64,000 nucleotides of DNA from an uncultured Alphaproteobacteria bacterium. Lineage in GTDB: Bacteria; Pseudomonadota; Alphaproteobacteria; Rhizobiales; Xanthobacteraceae. The stretch covers positions 6,388 through 70,387 of the forward strand of contig CAWBRL010000017.1 of the NCBI GenBank assembly GCA_963791165.1, written 5' to 3'. A model generated the notes under the pieces. It saw nothing but the letters and a program-made list of their open reading frames with translations. It was not told the DNA's origin and searched no databases. Shown in pieces: positions 11,173-21,386 of this stretch; the first letter of the stretch is position 1, and every line of letters starts with the position of its first letter. A program made the translations under genes and the position numbers.

Positions 11173-12068
11173 TCCGGCCTGCGCCGGGCTGCGTCGATGC
11201 CCATCATCACATCTGGCGGCAGCAGGATCTGCCCTGGCTGCTCGGGCCGATGCAGCCGCGGATCTTTGGACCCTACGAGCCGATCCGCCGCGACTACACC
11301 ATCGCGGAATATCTGGCGGATGTCGCCGCCGCCGGTGTCACGCGGTCGGTTTACGTGCAGGCGAACTGGGCGAAGGAGCGTTTCCTCGATGAGGTCTCCT
11401 ATGTCAGCAACGCCGCGCGGGAAACCGGCTGGCCGCATGCGATTGTCGCCTATGCGGATTTCACTGCGGAGGATGTGCGGCCTCAACTGGAGCAGTTGGC
11501 GGCATTCCCGTTGGTGCGGGGCGTCAGGATGCAGCTGCACTGGCACGACAATCCGCAATATCGCTTCGCATCCGCTCCGGATTTGGCGCGCGATCCCACG
11601 CTCCGGCGCAACATCGCGCGATTGAGCGAATATGGCTGGGCCTTCGATCTGCAGGTTTTCGCTCCGCAGATGGCTGGTGCGGCCGAGCTTGCCGATAGCT
11701 GTCCCGACGTCAACTTCGTCTTGCAGCACGCCGGCATGCTGGAGGATTTGTCGTCGGCCGGCCTTGAGGCCTGGTGCGCCGGTATGGCGTTGTTGGCGCG
11801 GCAGCCCAACGTCGTGGCGAAGTTATCCGGCCTCGGCACCTTCCTGCATCGCAACGACCCCGCGCATATCGGTTTCGTGGTCGGCGAAACCGTCCGGCTG
11901 TTCGGCGCCGGCCGCTGCATGTTCGGTTCGAATTTTCCGATCGAAAAACTCTGGACCCGCTACGAGGCGTTGTTCGATGCCTATCGCACGGCGACGCAGA
12001 CGCTTTCCATCACGGACCAGCAAGCGATCTTTCACGACACCGCCGCCGGCATCTACCGGCTGGCTTGA
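11169..12068 (+). CDS. Amidohydrolase_2 family protein (lactonase-like)
   Basis: VDAHHHIW, FVLQHAG, VAKLSG, RCMFGSNFP. Confidence 0.88.
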   Translation: MIRPAPGCVDAHHHIWRQQDLPWLLGPMQPRIFGPYEPIRRDYTIAEYLADVAAAGVTRSVYVQANWAKERFLDEVSYVSNAARETGWPHAIVAYADFTAEDVRPQLEQLAAFPLVRGVRMQLHWHDNPQYRFASAPDLARDPTLRRNIARLSEYGWAFDLQVFAPQMAGAAELADSCPDVNFVLQHAGMLEDLSSAGLEAWCAGMALLARQPNVVAKLSGLGTFLHRNDPAHIGFVVGETVRLFGAGRCMFGSNFPIEKLWTRYEALFDAYRTATQTLSITDQQAIFHDTAAGIYRLA

Positions 12069-12109
12069 TTTTCAGAAAACAACACGATCCAACGAGGGAA
12101 AACAATCAC

Positions 12110-12958
12110 ATGGCGCTCGAAATCAAGATCCTGGACTACGGCGACATCGAACTGGAATCCAGCTTCCTCGTGCTGGGACGCGATTGCGGGCGCACCAGGC
12201 GGGTCTACACTTACGGATTCCTGATCCTCGGAGGTCCGTGGCCGATGGTGGTCGATACCGGCTATCGCCACAATCAGATCATGGAAAGCTTGGGCATGCG
12301 CGGGCTGCAGCACCATGAGAACATGATCGAAAACCAGCTCGCCAGGCATGGCGTGCGGATGGGCGACGTGCGCTACGTCATGCACACCCATCTCCACATC
12401 GACCACGCCGGCAAGGACGAGTTGTTCCCGATGAATACGACGGTGCTGCTGAACCGGCGCGAACTGGAATACTCCGTATCAGGCCTGATGCATCCGCAAT
12501 ATCCGGCGCCTGACATCAAGCACCTGATCGACCGGCTGCACACCCGCCACGCGCTGCGGCTGGAAGATCTCGAACTGTCCGGCCCGATCGAGGTCTGCCC
12601 CGGTGTCACCGTCGATGCGGCGGGCGCTCACACCGAGGGCTCGATGAACGTCCATGTCGAGACCGCCGAGGGCCGCGCCACCATATGCGGCGACGTGATC
12701 TACGATTTCAACGACCAGATCGTGAATCCCTTCCACGAACTGCATCACAACGAGCCCCGCACCACCGGCAATCATGGCAACACCAAGCGCGAGGAGAAGG
12801 CGGCGATCAAGCGGCTGCTTTCCGGTTCGCGCTTCCTGCTGCCGGTGCATGACAAGCCCGCCAAGATCGAGCACGGCCAGGTCGTCGGGCGACTCGACAT
12901 GGCGGTGCCGGGGCCGATCGTGCAATCGCTGCCGTCACGCAATTGGTTCGCAGCGTGA
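12110..12958 (+). CDS. Metallo-beta-lactamase-fold hydrolase (AHL-lactonase/4-pyridoxolactonase-like)
   Basis: VVDTG, HTHLHIDHAG (HxHxDH), GAHTEGS, CGD, PVHD; GAGGG RBS. Confidence 0.85.
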   Translation: MALEIKILDYGDIELESSFLVLGRDCGRTRRVYTYGFLILGGPWPMVVDTGYRHNQIMESLGMRGLQHHENMIENQLARHGVRMGDVRYVMHTHLHIDHAGKDELFPMNTTVLLNRRELEYSVSGLMHPQYPAPDIKHLIDRLHTRHALRLEDLELSGPIEVCPGVTVDAAGAHTEGSMNVHVETAEGRATICGDVIYDFNDQIVNPFHELHHNEPRTTGNHGNTKREEKAAIKRLLSGSRFLLPVHDKPAKIEHGQVVGRLDMAVPGPIVQSLPSRNWFAA

Positions 12959-12980
12959 GCGGCGGCTTCGGAGACCAGCG

Positions 12981-14588
12981 ATGACCACGCATATCGCGCT
13001 GCGGCCGTCCTTTGCCGAACTGATCGACCTGTGGGCGCCGGTGCGGCAGGCCGGCACCGGATTTCAGTTCACGGAAGGTCCGGTCTGGCACCCGAAGGCG
13101 CATGATCTTCTGTTCTCCGACATGCCGGACGACGTGCGCCGCCGTCTTGATGGGCAGGGCATTCGCGAGGCGATGCGTCCGGCCAACAAGTGCAACGGCA
13201 TGACCTATGATGCCGGGCTGAACCTGATCGTCTGCGAGCACGCCACCTCCACGCTCGTGCGCGAACGCCCCGACGGCCGGCGCGAGATCTTGGCGTCGCA
13301 TTTCGACGGGCTGGAGCTGAATTCGCCGAACGACGTCTGCGTCAAGTCCGATGGCGCGATCTATTTTTCCGACCCGTGGTACGGCCGGATGCCGGTCTAT
13401 GGCGTCGAACGGCCGCGCCAGCTCGGATTCCAGGGCGTCTATCGCGTACCGCCCCGCGGTGGCCCGCCGGAATTGCTGGTCGACCGCTATCTGTTCGATC
13501 AACCGAACGGGCTGTGCTTTTCGCCGGACGAGCAGCGGTTCTACGTCAACGATACCGTCAAGCATCTGATCCGTGTGTTCGACGTCGATGCCGCCGGCGG
13601 CCTCCGCAACGGCCGTGTGTTCGCCTCCAACATCGTCTCGGCCGCCGAGCCCGGTGTGCCTGATGGCATGAAATGCGACGCGCTCGGTAATGTCTGGGTT
13701 TCGGCGCCGGGCGGAATCTGGGTCTATGCGCCGGACGGCAGACTAGTCGGCAAGCTGCGCATTCCCGAGTTGGTCAGTAACCTGACCTGGGGCGGGCCGG
13801 ATTGGCGCACGCTCTACATCACCGCGACGCATTCGGTTTATGCGGTGCCGGTGAAGGTCGGACCACGCAACGAGCCTTATATGCGCGCCAGCCAGAACGG
13901 GCCGGCCGCGGCCCGGCCGGCACCGGCTCCGGTAGCTCCGCTGGCCACTGTCAATCGGTCCGCAGCCCAGCTCGCCGAGCCGGGCTACGCGGTCGATCCG
14001 TCGCGCTGCGCGCTGATCATTCAGGACATGCAAAACGACGTGGTGATGGACGGCGGCGCCTTTGCTTCCTCCGGCTCGCCAGCGCATTGCCGCGAACAGA
14101 ACGCCATCGCCAACGCAAAGCGGCTCGCGGAGGCCGCGCGTGCCCGTGGCGTCCTGGTGATTCACGTCTGGTTCGTGGTGGAGCCGGGCGCGCCCGGCGT
14201 GACGGCGAATGCACCGCTGTTCGAGGGGTTGATCGACGCGAAAGCACTGGTGCGCGGCACCTGGGGAGCTGCGCCGGTGCCGGGACTGGAGCCGCACGCC
14301 GGCGACCAGGTGGTGGAGAAGATGCGGATGAGCGCCTGGGAGGGTACGAGGCTGGAGGCGATGCTGAAATCGGCCGGCCGCGATTTCGTCATCGTCACTG
14401 GCGCCTGGACTAACATGTCGATCGAACACACCGCCCGCACTGGCGCGGACAAGGGGTTCTACATGGTCGTGCCGGAGGATTGCTGCTCGACCATGAACGC
14501 CGAATGGCACATCGCCGCGGTGAACTACGCGATCCAGAACGTGGCGATGGTGACCCGCGCCGACGACCTGATCGCAGCCTTGTCCTGA
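12981..14588 (+). CDS. SMP-30/gluconolactonase domain fused to isochorismatase-family (cysteine hydrolase) domain
   Basis: FTEGPVW, NSPND, PNGLCFSPD, PDGMKCD; Ala/Pro linker; then ALIIQDMQND, EKMRMSAW, GAWTNMSIEHTAR. Confidence 0.87.
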   Translation: MTTHIALRPSFAELIDLWAPVRQAGTGFQFTEGPVWHPKAHDLLFSDMPDDVRRRLDGQGIREAMRPANKCNGMTYDAGLNLIVCEHATSTLVRERPDGRREILASHFDGLELNSPNDVCVKSDGAIYFSDPWYGRMPVYGVERPRQLGFQGVYRVPPRGGPPELLVDRYLFDQPNGLCFSPDEQRFYVNDTVKHLIRVFDVDAAGGLRNGRVFASNIVSAAEPGVPDGMKCDALGNVWVSAPGGIWVYAPDGRLVGKLRIPELVSNLTWGGPDWRTLYITATHSVYAVPVKVGPRNEPYMRASQNGPAAARPAPAPVAPLATVNRSAAQLAEPGYAVDPSRCALIIQDMQNDVVMDGGAFASSGSPAHCREQNAIANAKRLAEAARARGVLVIHVWFVVEPGAPGVTANAPLFEGLIDAKALVRGTWGAAPVPGLEPHAGDQVVEKMRMSAWEGTRLEAMLKSAGRDFVIVTGAWTNMSIEHTARTGADKGFYMVVPEDCCSTMNAEWHIAAVNYAIQNVAMVTRADDLIAALS

Positions 14589-14666
14589 GCGGGGCCGAAG
14601 CTGCCGGGCCGCAATCCGCAAATCCCGCGCAGTGATCGAGCAAGGTCACGTGTTCGCATGAAGGAG

Positions 14667-14696
14667 AAGGAGGCGCGTGGCACCTCCTTATTTTTT
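14667..14696 (+). terminator. Probable intrinsic terminator of operon 1
   Basis: AAGGAGG/CCTCCTT stem followed by ATTTTTT. Confidence 0.55.
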
Positions 14697-14916
14697 CATT
14701 TGATTCCAGACGGCTCATATCCCACGTCAACACAGCCTCACCCGCGGCTCGGTACGACCGATCGCACCGACGCAGAGATTGAACGTACGGCCATGGTTCG
14801 GATCTGCCCCGCGCTGGTTCTTTTGTGAGTTGTCCGGCCGCCACAAGCTTGCGGGGAAACCACGATAGGGGCGCTCGTTTGGCTTGAAAGGCGAGCAGAT
14901 GAGAGCCCGCTTGCAA

Positions 14917-15007
14917 TGTTTAGTAAATCGTGTTTCACTAAACAAATCGAGCTTCGCCGGTCGTTAAGAATCCGGGAATGCGCGAGGAAACGTTAGTTTA
15001 GCAAATC
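14917..15007. promoter_or_regulatory. Putative operator upstream of the ABC/dha operon
   Basis: Inverted repeat TGTTTAGT-N12-ACTAAACA (14917-14944); half-site GTTTAGYAAATC at 14918 and 14996. Confidence 0.55.
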
Positions 15008-15096
15008 AAACCGTCACGGACTGTGTCGCACTGCTCGAAGCATTCGAGCGGGCGGGAACGCCGCGCCATGTCGATGGCCGGCTCAAACGGAGGGAA

Positions 15097-16443
15097 ATGC
15101 GCATGAACACGATGAAGGCGCTTCTGGTTGCAGGCGGTGCCCTTGGCGCCGCGCTCGGTGTCGGAGCGGCGACCACGCCCGCGCACGCGCAGGGCAAAAC
15201 GATCACGCTGTGCTGGGCCGCATGGGATCCGGCCAACGCGCTGGTCGAACTGTCGAAGGACTTCACCGCCAAGAGCGGGATCGGCATGAAGTTCGAGTTC
15301 GTGCCCTGGACCAACTATGCCGATCGCTTCCTGAACGAACTCAACTCGCGCGGTTCGCTGTGCGATCTCATCATCGGCGACTCGCAGTGGATCGGCGGCG
15401 CCGCCGAGAACGGCCAGTACGTCAAGCTGAACGACTTCTTCACGAAGGAAGGGATCAGCATGGACGACTACATGCCGGCCACCGTGGTCGGTTATTCACA
15501 GTGGCCAAAGAATACGCCGAATTACTGGGCGTTGCCGGCAATGGGCGACGCGGTGGGCTGGACCTATCGCAAGGACTGGTTCGCGCGCCCCGACGTGCAA
15601 AAGGATTTCAAGGCCAAATACGGCCGCGATCTCGCCGTGCCGCAGACGCTCGATGAACTCCGCGACATCGCGAAATTCTTCCAGGGCCGCGAGATCGACG
15701 GCAAAAAGGTCTACGGCGCCTCGATCTATACCGAGCGCGGCTCGGAAGGCATCACCATGGGCGTCTCGAACTATCTCTACGACTACGGCTTCAAGTACCA
15801 GGATCCCAACAAGCCCTATGCGATGGACGGGTTCGTCAACTCGCCGGGCGCCGTCAAGGGGCTCGAGGCCTACAAGGAACTCTACAAGTGCTGCACGCCT
15901 CCCGGTGCCTCCAACTCCTACATGTCGGAAGGTCTTGATGCCTTCAAATCCGGCCAGGTGGCGCTGCAGATGAACTTCTTCGCCTTCTTCCCGGGTCTCT
16001 ACAAGGATCCGAATGTCGGTGGCGACAAGATCGGCTTCTTCTCCAATCCCGCCGCCACCACCCAGGCCACCCAGCTCGGCGGGCAGGGCATCTCCGTGGT
16101 TTCCTATTCCAAGAACCAGGGCGAAGCGCTGCAATACATCAAGTGGTTCTCCGGTGGCGAGGTGCAGAAGAAGTGGTGGGCGCTGGGCGGCTATTCCTGC
16201 GCCAAGTCCGTGCTGAACGATCCGGGCTTCCCGGACAGCGCCCCCTTCGCCAAGGAGTTCCTGAAGTCAATGGGCATGGTGGTCGACTTCTGGGCCGAGC
16301 CCTCCTACGCGCAGCTCCTGCAAGCCGAACAGAAGCGCGTGCATGACTACGTGGTCGCTGACAAGGGCACCGCGCAGGAAGCGCTCGACGGGCTGGTGAA
16401 AGATTGGAAGGCCATCTTCAAGGAAGAGGGCAAGAAGTTCTAG
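15097..16443 (+). CDS. Sugar/polyol ABC transporter substrate-binding protein
   Basis: Signal peptide (..AHA-Q), CUT1-type binding-protein length and sequence, GGAGG RBS. Confidence 0.9.
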   Translation: MRMNTMKALLVAGGALGAALGVGAATTPAHAQGKTITLCWAAWDPANALVELSKDFTAKSGIGMKFEFVPWTNYADRFLNELNSRGSLCDLIIGDSQWIGGAAENGQYVKLNDFFTKEGISMDDYMPATVVGYSQWPKNTPNYWALPAMGDAVGWTYRKDWFARPDVQKDFKAKYGRDLAVPQTLDELRDIAKFFQGREIDGKKVYGASIYTERGSEGITMGVSNYLYDYGFKYQDPNKPYAMDGFVNSPGAVKGLEAYKELYKCCTPPGASNSYMSEGLDAFKSGQVALQMNFFAFFPGLYKDPNVGGDKIGFFSNPAATTQATQLGGQGISVVSYSKNQGEALQYIKWFSGGEVQKKWWALGGYSCAKSVLNDPGFPDSAPFAKEFLKSMGMVVDFWAEPSYAQLLQAEQKRVHDYVVADKGTAQEALDGLVKDWKAIFKEEGKKF

Positions 16444-16450
16444 GATAGCG

Positions 16451-16481
16451 GCCTGGAGCGCGGTTCGTCAGCGCTCCAGGC
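16451..16481 (+). terminator. Intercistronic stem-loop after the binding-protein gene
   Basis: GCCTGGAGCGC-N9-GCGCTCCAGGC, perfect 11-bp stem. Confidence 0.6.
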
Positions 16482-16553
16482 TATTCCTTTCGGACAAACC
16501 CGGACCTTTCTCCGAAGCCGGCCATCGCAGTGCATCAGGACCAGCCCCACGCC

Positions 16554-17513
16554 ATGAATGATTTGAGTGCCCCATCGCGGATCACCTACGGCGCTGTTCG
16601 GGTCCAGCCGGTGGTGGTGCGCCGCATTCGGGGGCTGTCCGACAAGGCTCTTGCGTGGCTCTTCATCACCCCGACGATGGTGCTGCTGCTGGCGATCAAC
16701 ATCTTCCCGCTGGTCTGGACGATCTATCTGTCGTTCACCAACTACCGGGCCAACCGGGCCAATGCACCGGTGAAATGGCTGGGGATCGACTGGTACCAGA
16801 CGATCCTGACCGATCCTGACATCTGGGCGGCGATGCAGGTGACAGCGCATTTCGTGTTCTGGACCGTCGTCATCGAGACCGTGCTCGGATTTGGCCTCGC
16901 CTTCCTGATCGACAAGAAATTCCGCGGCCACGGCGTCTGGACCACGATCATCCTGCTGCCGATGATGCTTTCGCCGGCCGTCGTCGGCAATTTCTGGACG
17001 TTCCTCTATCAGCCGCAGATCGGCCTCTTCAACTATGTGGTCGCCTTCCTTACCGGCCGCCCCGCATCGTCGTTCCAGATGCTGGGCGACGTGACGCTCA
17101 GTCCCTGGGCGATTGTCATCGTCGACGCCTGGATGTGGACGCCCTATGTGATGCTGATCTGCCTTGCCGGCCTGCGGTCGATCCCGGATTTCATCTATGA
17201 GGCGGCGGAAGTCGACCGCGCCTCGAAATGGCGGCAGTTCTGGTCGATCACGCTGCCGATGGCGCTGCCGTTCATCATGCTCGCGGTGCTGTTCCGCGGC
17301 ATCGAGAACTTCAAGATGTTCGACATGGTCAACCTGCTCACCGGGGGCGGGCCGGGGTCGACCACGGAGGTTGCCTCGATCACGCTCAAGCGCGCGGCGT
17401 TCGAGAGCTGGCGGACCGGTTATTCCTCGGCCTTCGCGATTATCTTGTTCGTGACAGTGTTCGGTCTCGCCAACATCTATGTAAAGGCGCTGAACCGGGT
17501 GAAAAGCCGATGA
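16554..17513 (+). CDS. Carbohydrate ABC transporter permease
   Basis: Multiple TM segments, EAA loop YEAAEVDRASKWRQFWSITLP; start could be 16530. Confidence 0.9.
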   Translation: MNDLSAPSRITYGAVRVQPVVVRRIRGLSDKALAWLFITPTMVLLLAINIFPLVWTIYLSFTNYRANRANAPVKWLGIDWYQTILTDPDIWAAMQVTAHFVFWTVVIETVLGFGLAFLIDKKFRGHGVWTTIILLPMMLSPAVVGNFWTFLYQPQIGLFNYVVAFLTGRPASSFQMLGDVTLSPWAIVIVDAWMWTPYVMLICLAGLRSIPDFIYEAAEVDRASKWRQFWSITLPMALPFIMLAVLFRGIENFKMFDMVNLLTGGGPGSTTEVASITLKRAAFESWRTGYSSAFAIILFVTVFGLANIYVKALNRVKSR

Positions 17514-18463
17514 GCCAGACCACCACAGCCCATTCCGTCGTCGAACCCTCGTCCGGTACCAGGCGATTGGCGGGTTCGCTCGTAGTGCTCTATGCCGTGA
17601 TCACCATGATCCCGCTGGTCTGGATCGTCCTCACCTCGTTCAAGTCGCCGGACGATGCGATCTCCTATCCGCCCAAAATCGTCTTTACGCCGTCGCTGGA
17701 AGGTTTCTGCAATCTCTTCACCACGCGCTCGCGCCAGACGCCGGATTTCATTCGCTCGCTCGGACCGTCGCAGGGGCTTTGCGACGAAATTGCGCGCAGT
17801 CGCAATATGGTCGTCGCTGGACCGTCGAATTATGTGCCGCGTTTCATCAATTCCGTGATCATAGCCTTTGGCTCCACCGTGCTCGCGGTCGCCCTGGGCA
17901 CATTGTCGGCCTACGGGTTCTCGCGGTTCCGCGTGCCCTTGAAGGACGATTTGCTGTTCTTCATCCTGTCGACACGGATGATGCCGCCGATCGCGGTCGC
18001 GATCCCGATCTATCTGATGTACCGCACCATCGGACTGTCGGACACAAGGCTCGGCATGATCCTGCTCTACACCTCGGTGAACGTCTCGCTCGCTGTTTGG
18101 CTGCTGAAAGGTTTCATCGACGAGATCCCGCGCGAGTACGAGGAAGCGGCCATGATCGACGGCTATACGCGATTTCAGGCCTTCGTGAAGGTGGTGCTGC
18201 CGCAGGCAACGACGGGAATCGCGGCAACGGCGATCTTCTGCCTGATCTTCGCCTGGAACGAATACGCTTTCGCGGTGCTCCTGACCTCCGGGAACGCGCA
18301 GACGGCGCCGCCCTTCATTCCGATCATCATCGGGGAGGGCGGGCAGGACTGGCCCGCGGTAGCCGCCGGCACGACGCTGTTTCTGGTGCCGATCGTCGTG
18401 TTCACGGTGCTGTTGCGCAAACATCTCTTGCGCGGCATCACCTTTGGAGCCGTTCGCAAATGA
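17510..18463 (+). CDS. Carbohydrate ABC transporter permease
   Basis: EAA loop EEAAMIDGYTRFQAF, FAWNEY. Confidence 0.9.
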   Translation: MSQTTTAHSVVEPSSGTRRLAGSLVVLYAVITMIPLVWIVLTSFKSPDDAISYPPKIVFTPSLEGFCNLFTTRSRQTPDFIRSLGPSQGLCDEIARSRNMVVAGPSNYVPRFINSVIIAFGSTVLAVALGTLSAYGFSRFRVPLKDDLLFFILSTRMMPPIAVAIPIYLMYRTIGLSDTRLGMILLYTSVNVSLAVWLLKGFIDEIPREYEEAAMIDGYTRFQAFVKVVLPQATTGIAATAIFCLIFAWNEYAFAVLLTSGNAQTAPPFIPIIIGEGGQDWPAVAAGTTLFLVPIVVFTVLLRKHLLRGITFGAVRK

Positions 18464-18672
18464 GCCTCGATGCAAACTCCTCCATGCAGGCGCGCGGCTT
18501 AGCGGACAGGGTTCTGCGACGCGGTCCGTTGGAAGCCATCGCGACGGCGATCATCGCCGCGGGCGTCATCATGCTGATGCAGCCGTTTTTCCTTACGCTG
18601 TATTCCTGGTCGTTCGCGACCACGCTGTTCGGCACCGTGATGTTCATCATTGTCTCGAAGGTCAGGGAGTAG
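18460..18672 (+). CDS. 70-aa two-TM membrane protein inside the ABC operon
   Basis: ATGA overlap with the permease, two hydrophobic segments, ends 5 nt before the ATPase start. Confidence 0.65.
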   Translation: MSLDANSSMQARGLADRVLRRGPLEAIATAIIAAGVIMLMQPFFLTLYSWSFATTLFGTVMFIIVSKVRE

Positions 18673-18677
18673 GGCGG

Positions 18678-19775
18678 ATGGCACAGATCAGGGTCGAAGC
18701 GCTCGATAAATCCTTCGGCGATTTCCATGCCGTCAAGGCAGCGAACTTCACGGTGGAGGATGGCGAGTTCCTCTGCCTGCTGGGTCCCTCCGGCTGCGGC
18801 AAGACGACGACGCTGCGCATGATTGCGGGGCTTGAACTACCGACGGCCGGTACCATCCGGCTCGGTGGCGAGGATGTCACGATGAACCGTGCATCGGAGC
18901 GCGATATCGCTTTCGTGTTCCAGCTGTTCGCCCTCTATCCGCACATGAATGTCCGGCGAAACATCGGTTTCCCCCTTAAATGCGAGCGCATCAGCTCAGC
19001 CGAGTCGGACCGTCGGGTCGTGGAAGCAGCGCGCATATTGCGCATTTCGCATCTTCTGGACCGGCCGGTGTCGGGTCTTGCTGGCGGCGACCGGCAGCGC
19101 GTTGCGCTCGGGCGGGCGATCGTGCGCAAGCCGAAGTGTTTCCTGATGGACGAGCCGCTCGGCGCACTCGATACCGAAATGCGCGAGGCGATGATCCGTG
19201 AATTGCGCGCGCTGCATGACCGGCTCGGCGCGACGACGGTCTACGTTACGCACGACCAGCTCGAGGCGATGGCGATGGCCGACATGATCGCCGTGATGAA
19301 CAACGGCGTCGTCGAGCAGGTCGCGAGCCCGCGCGATATCTATGACCGACCGGCGTCGCTGTTCGTTGCCGATTTCATCGGTTCGCCACCCATGAACTTC
19401 CTGCCGTTCCGCGGCAGCCTGCACGCCGGCGCTCACGCGATTCGGCTCGGCGAGCGCGAGGTTGCCATTCCCGCCGCGCGCGAAGCTCTGCCGGAAAGCG
19501 ATCTCATGCTCGGGGTAAGGCCCGAGCATGTGCGTTTCACCGATCGCGGCGTCGTGCGGGGCGAGGTCTATGGGTCGGAGTATCTCGGCACGACGCAGAT
19601 CGTGACCGTGACGACGCGCTATGGCGCGCTCAAGGCCCGGTCGCCCGCCAGCGTACCGTTCCGGATCGGAGAGAATGTCGGGCTCGACTTCCGCCCCGAT
19701 ACGCTGTCGATCTTCGACAAGGAGTCGGGCCGCGCGGTTCGCACCGCGCTGCATGAGGGACGTGGGCATGGCTGA
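18678..19775 (+). CDS. ABC transporter ATP-binding protein (MalK-like)
   Basis: GPSGCGKT, LAGGDRQRVALGRA, LMDEP, TOBE-like C-terminus. Confidence 0.93.
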   Translation: MAQIRVEALDKSFGDFHAVKAANFTVEDGEFLCLLGPSGCGKTTTLRMIAGLELPTAGTIRLGGEDVTMNRASERDIAFVFQLFALYPHMNVRRNIGFPLKCERISSAESDRRVVEAARILRISHLLDRPVSGLAGGDRQRVALGRAIVRKPKCFLMDEPLGALDTEMREAMIRELRALHDRLGATTVYVTHDQLEAMAMADMIAVMNNGVVEQVASPRDIYDRPASLFVADFIGSPPMNFLPFRGSLHAGAHAIRLGEREVAIPAAREALPESDLMLGVRPEHVRFTDRGVVRGEVYGSEYLGTTQIVTVTTRYGALKARSPASVPFRIGENVGLDFRPDTLSIFDKESGRAVRTALHEGRGHG

Positions 19776-20775
19776 GGTCGAGATCAGGGCGGTCTCCAAG
19801 GCGTTCAAGAAGACGCAGGCGGTCAGCGATCTGTCACTCACTGTCGCAGACGGTGAATTTGTCGCACTGCTCGGGCCGACAGGTGCCGGCAAGACGACGA
19901 CCTTGCGCCTCATCGCCGGACTCGAAATGCCGGACCGAGGCTCGATCCGGATCGGCGGACGCGACGTGACCGGCAATGCGCCGGCCGATCGCGACGTCGC
20001 CTTCGTTTTCCAGCAATATTCGTTGTATCCGCATCTTACCGTGTTCGAGAACATGGCCTTTGCGTTGCGTGCGCCGATCCGGCGCCTACCGGAGGCCGAG
20101 ATCCGCGCCAAGGTCCGTGAAGTCGCGCGTCTTCTCCACATCGAAACCAAGCTGGACAACAAGGCAACGCAGCTGTCGGGTGGACAGATGCAGCGGGTCG
20201 CGATCGGCCGGGCGCTGGTGCGCTCGCCCGCGATATATCTGATGGACGAACCGCTCTCCTCGCTGGACGCCAAGCTGCGTGGCGAGATGCGGCTTGAACT
20301 CAAGCGCATCCAGACCGATCTTGGCGCGACCATACTCTATGTCACCCATGATCAGACCGAAGCGATGACCATGGCATCGCGCATCGGTGTTATCGAGGGC
20401 GGGCGGCTACTGCAGATAGGTACGCCACGCGAGATCTACGAGAACCCGGTCAACGTTCATGTCGCCGCGCGGCTTGGCCAGCCGGCGATCAATCTGCTGC
20501 CGGCGGCCCTCTTTGCCGGTACGCCGCGCGGGGCCAGGACCATCGGCGCGCGCACCGAGCACCTGACGATCGCGCGCGGCGGCGGCGACGTACAAGCGAC
20601 CGTCAAACGGATCGAGCACCTCGGCGACCAGAGCCACCTCCATCTCGATCTTGGCGGCCAACCCGTCGTGACGTTGTCCGACCCTGAAGCCAGCCTCGGC
20701 GCCGGGGATGTCGTCTCGCTTCGCCTCAACAAGCCGCTGTTCTTCGATGCGGATGGCGGGAGGGTCGCGGCATGA
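19768..20775 (+). CDS. ABC transporter ATP-binding protein (MalK-like)
   Basis: GPTGAGKT, LSGGQMQRVAIGRA, LMDEP. Confidence 0.93.
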   Translation: MAEVEIRAVSKAFKKTQAVSDLSLTVADGEFVALLGPTGAGKTTTLRLIAGLEMPDRGSIRIGGRDVTGNAPADRDVAFVFQQYSLYPHLTVFENMAFALRAPIRRLPEAEIRAKVREVARLLHIETKLDNKATQLSGGQMQRVAIGRALVRSPAIYLMDEPLSSLDAKLRGEMRLELKRIQTDLGATILYVTHDQTEAMTMASRIGVIEGGRLLQIGTPREIYENPVNVHVAARLGQPAINLLPAALFAGTPRGARTIGARTEHLTIARGGGDVQATVKRIEHLGDQSHLHLDLGGQPVVTLSDPEASLGAGDVVSLRLNKPLFFDADGGRVAA

Positions 20776-21386
20776 CACTCAATCGGGAAGCCAGGGAAAA
20801 ACTGGTGCGGGCGCTTGCAGAATTGGTGATCTCGCACGCCGAAGAACTGACCAGCCTGGACCAGGCGATCGGCGACGGCGATCACGGATTGAACATGAAG
20901 CGGGGTTTTGAGGCTGTGCTCGCGACGCTGCCCGGTCTTGCTGACAAATCATTGCCGGAGATGCTGAAAGCGATTGGAATGACTCTGGTGATGAAGGTCG
21001 GTGGTGCCTCCGGGCCGTTGGTCGGCACCTTCTTCATGGAACTCGGCAAGGCGCTTCCGGAGGAGCCGGCGCGCGCCGATCTCGTCGCGGCGGCGGACAA
21101 GGCGATCGAAGCGGTCAAGTCCCGCGGGCGTTCGGATGCGGGGCAGAAAACCCTGCTCGATGTTCTGGTGCCGGTGCAGGCCGTATTTGCGGGTGGTGGC
21201 AATGCCAGCGCGATTGCGGCCGAGGCGGCGCAGGCCGCCGACCGCACGACGCCGATGCTTGCGACCCGCGGCCGAGCGTCCTTCCTCGGTGAAAGATCCA
21301 TCGGTCACATGGACCCGGGCTCGCGCTCGGCGTCTCTCCTGATCAGCGCCGCCGTTGCGGCGCTGGAATTCGAGGCAACCTCATGA
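20772..21386 (+). CDS. dhaL: Dihydroxyacetone kinase ADP-binding subunit
   Basis: LDQAIGDGDHGLNM, GGASGPL, KTLLDVL, GRASFLGERSIGHMDPG. Confidence 0.93.
   Translation: MTLNREAREKLVRALAELVISHAEELTSLDQAIGDGDHGLNMKRGFEAVLATLPGLADKSLPEMLKAIGMTLVMKVGGASGPLVGTFFMELGKALPEEPARADLVAAADKAIEAVKSRGRSDAGQKTLLDVLVPVQAVFAGGGNASAIAAEAAQAADRTTPMLATRGRASFLGERSIGHMDPGSRSASLLISAAVAALEFEATS

Noticed and set aside
14922-14937. GTAAATCGTGTTTCAC as another copy of the TAAA-N6-TTTA motif
   Set aside because: One mismatch, lies within a different longer inverted repeat, and is 25 kb from the cluster of exact copies
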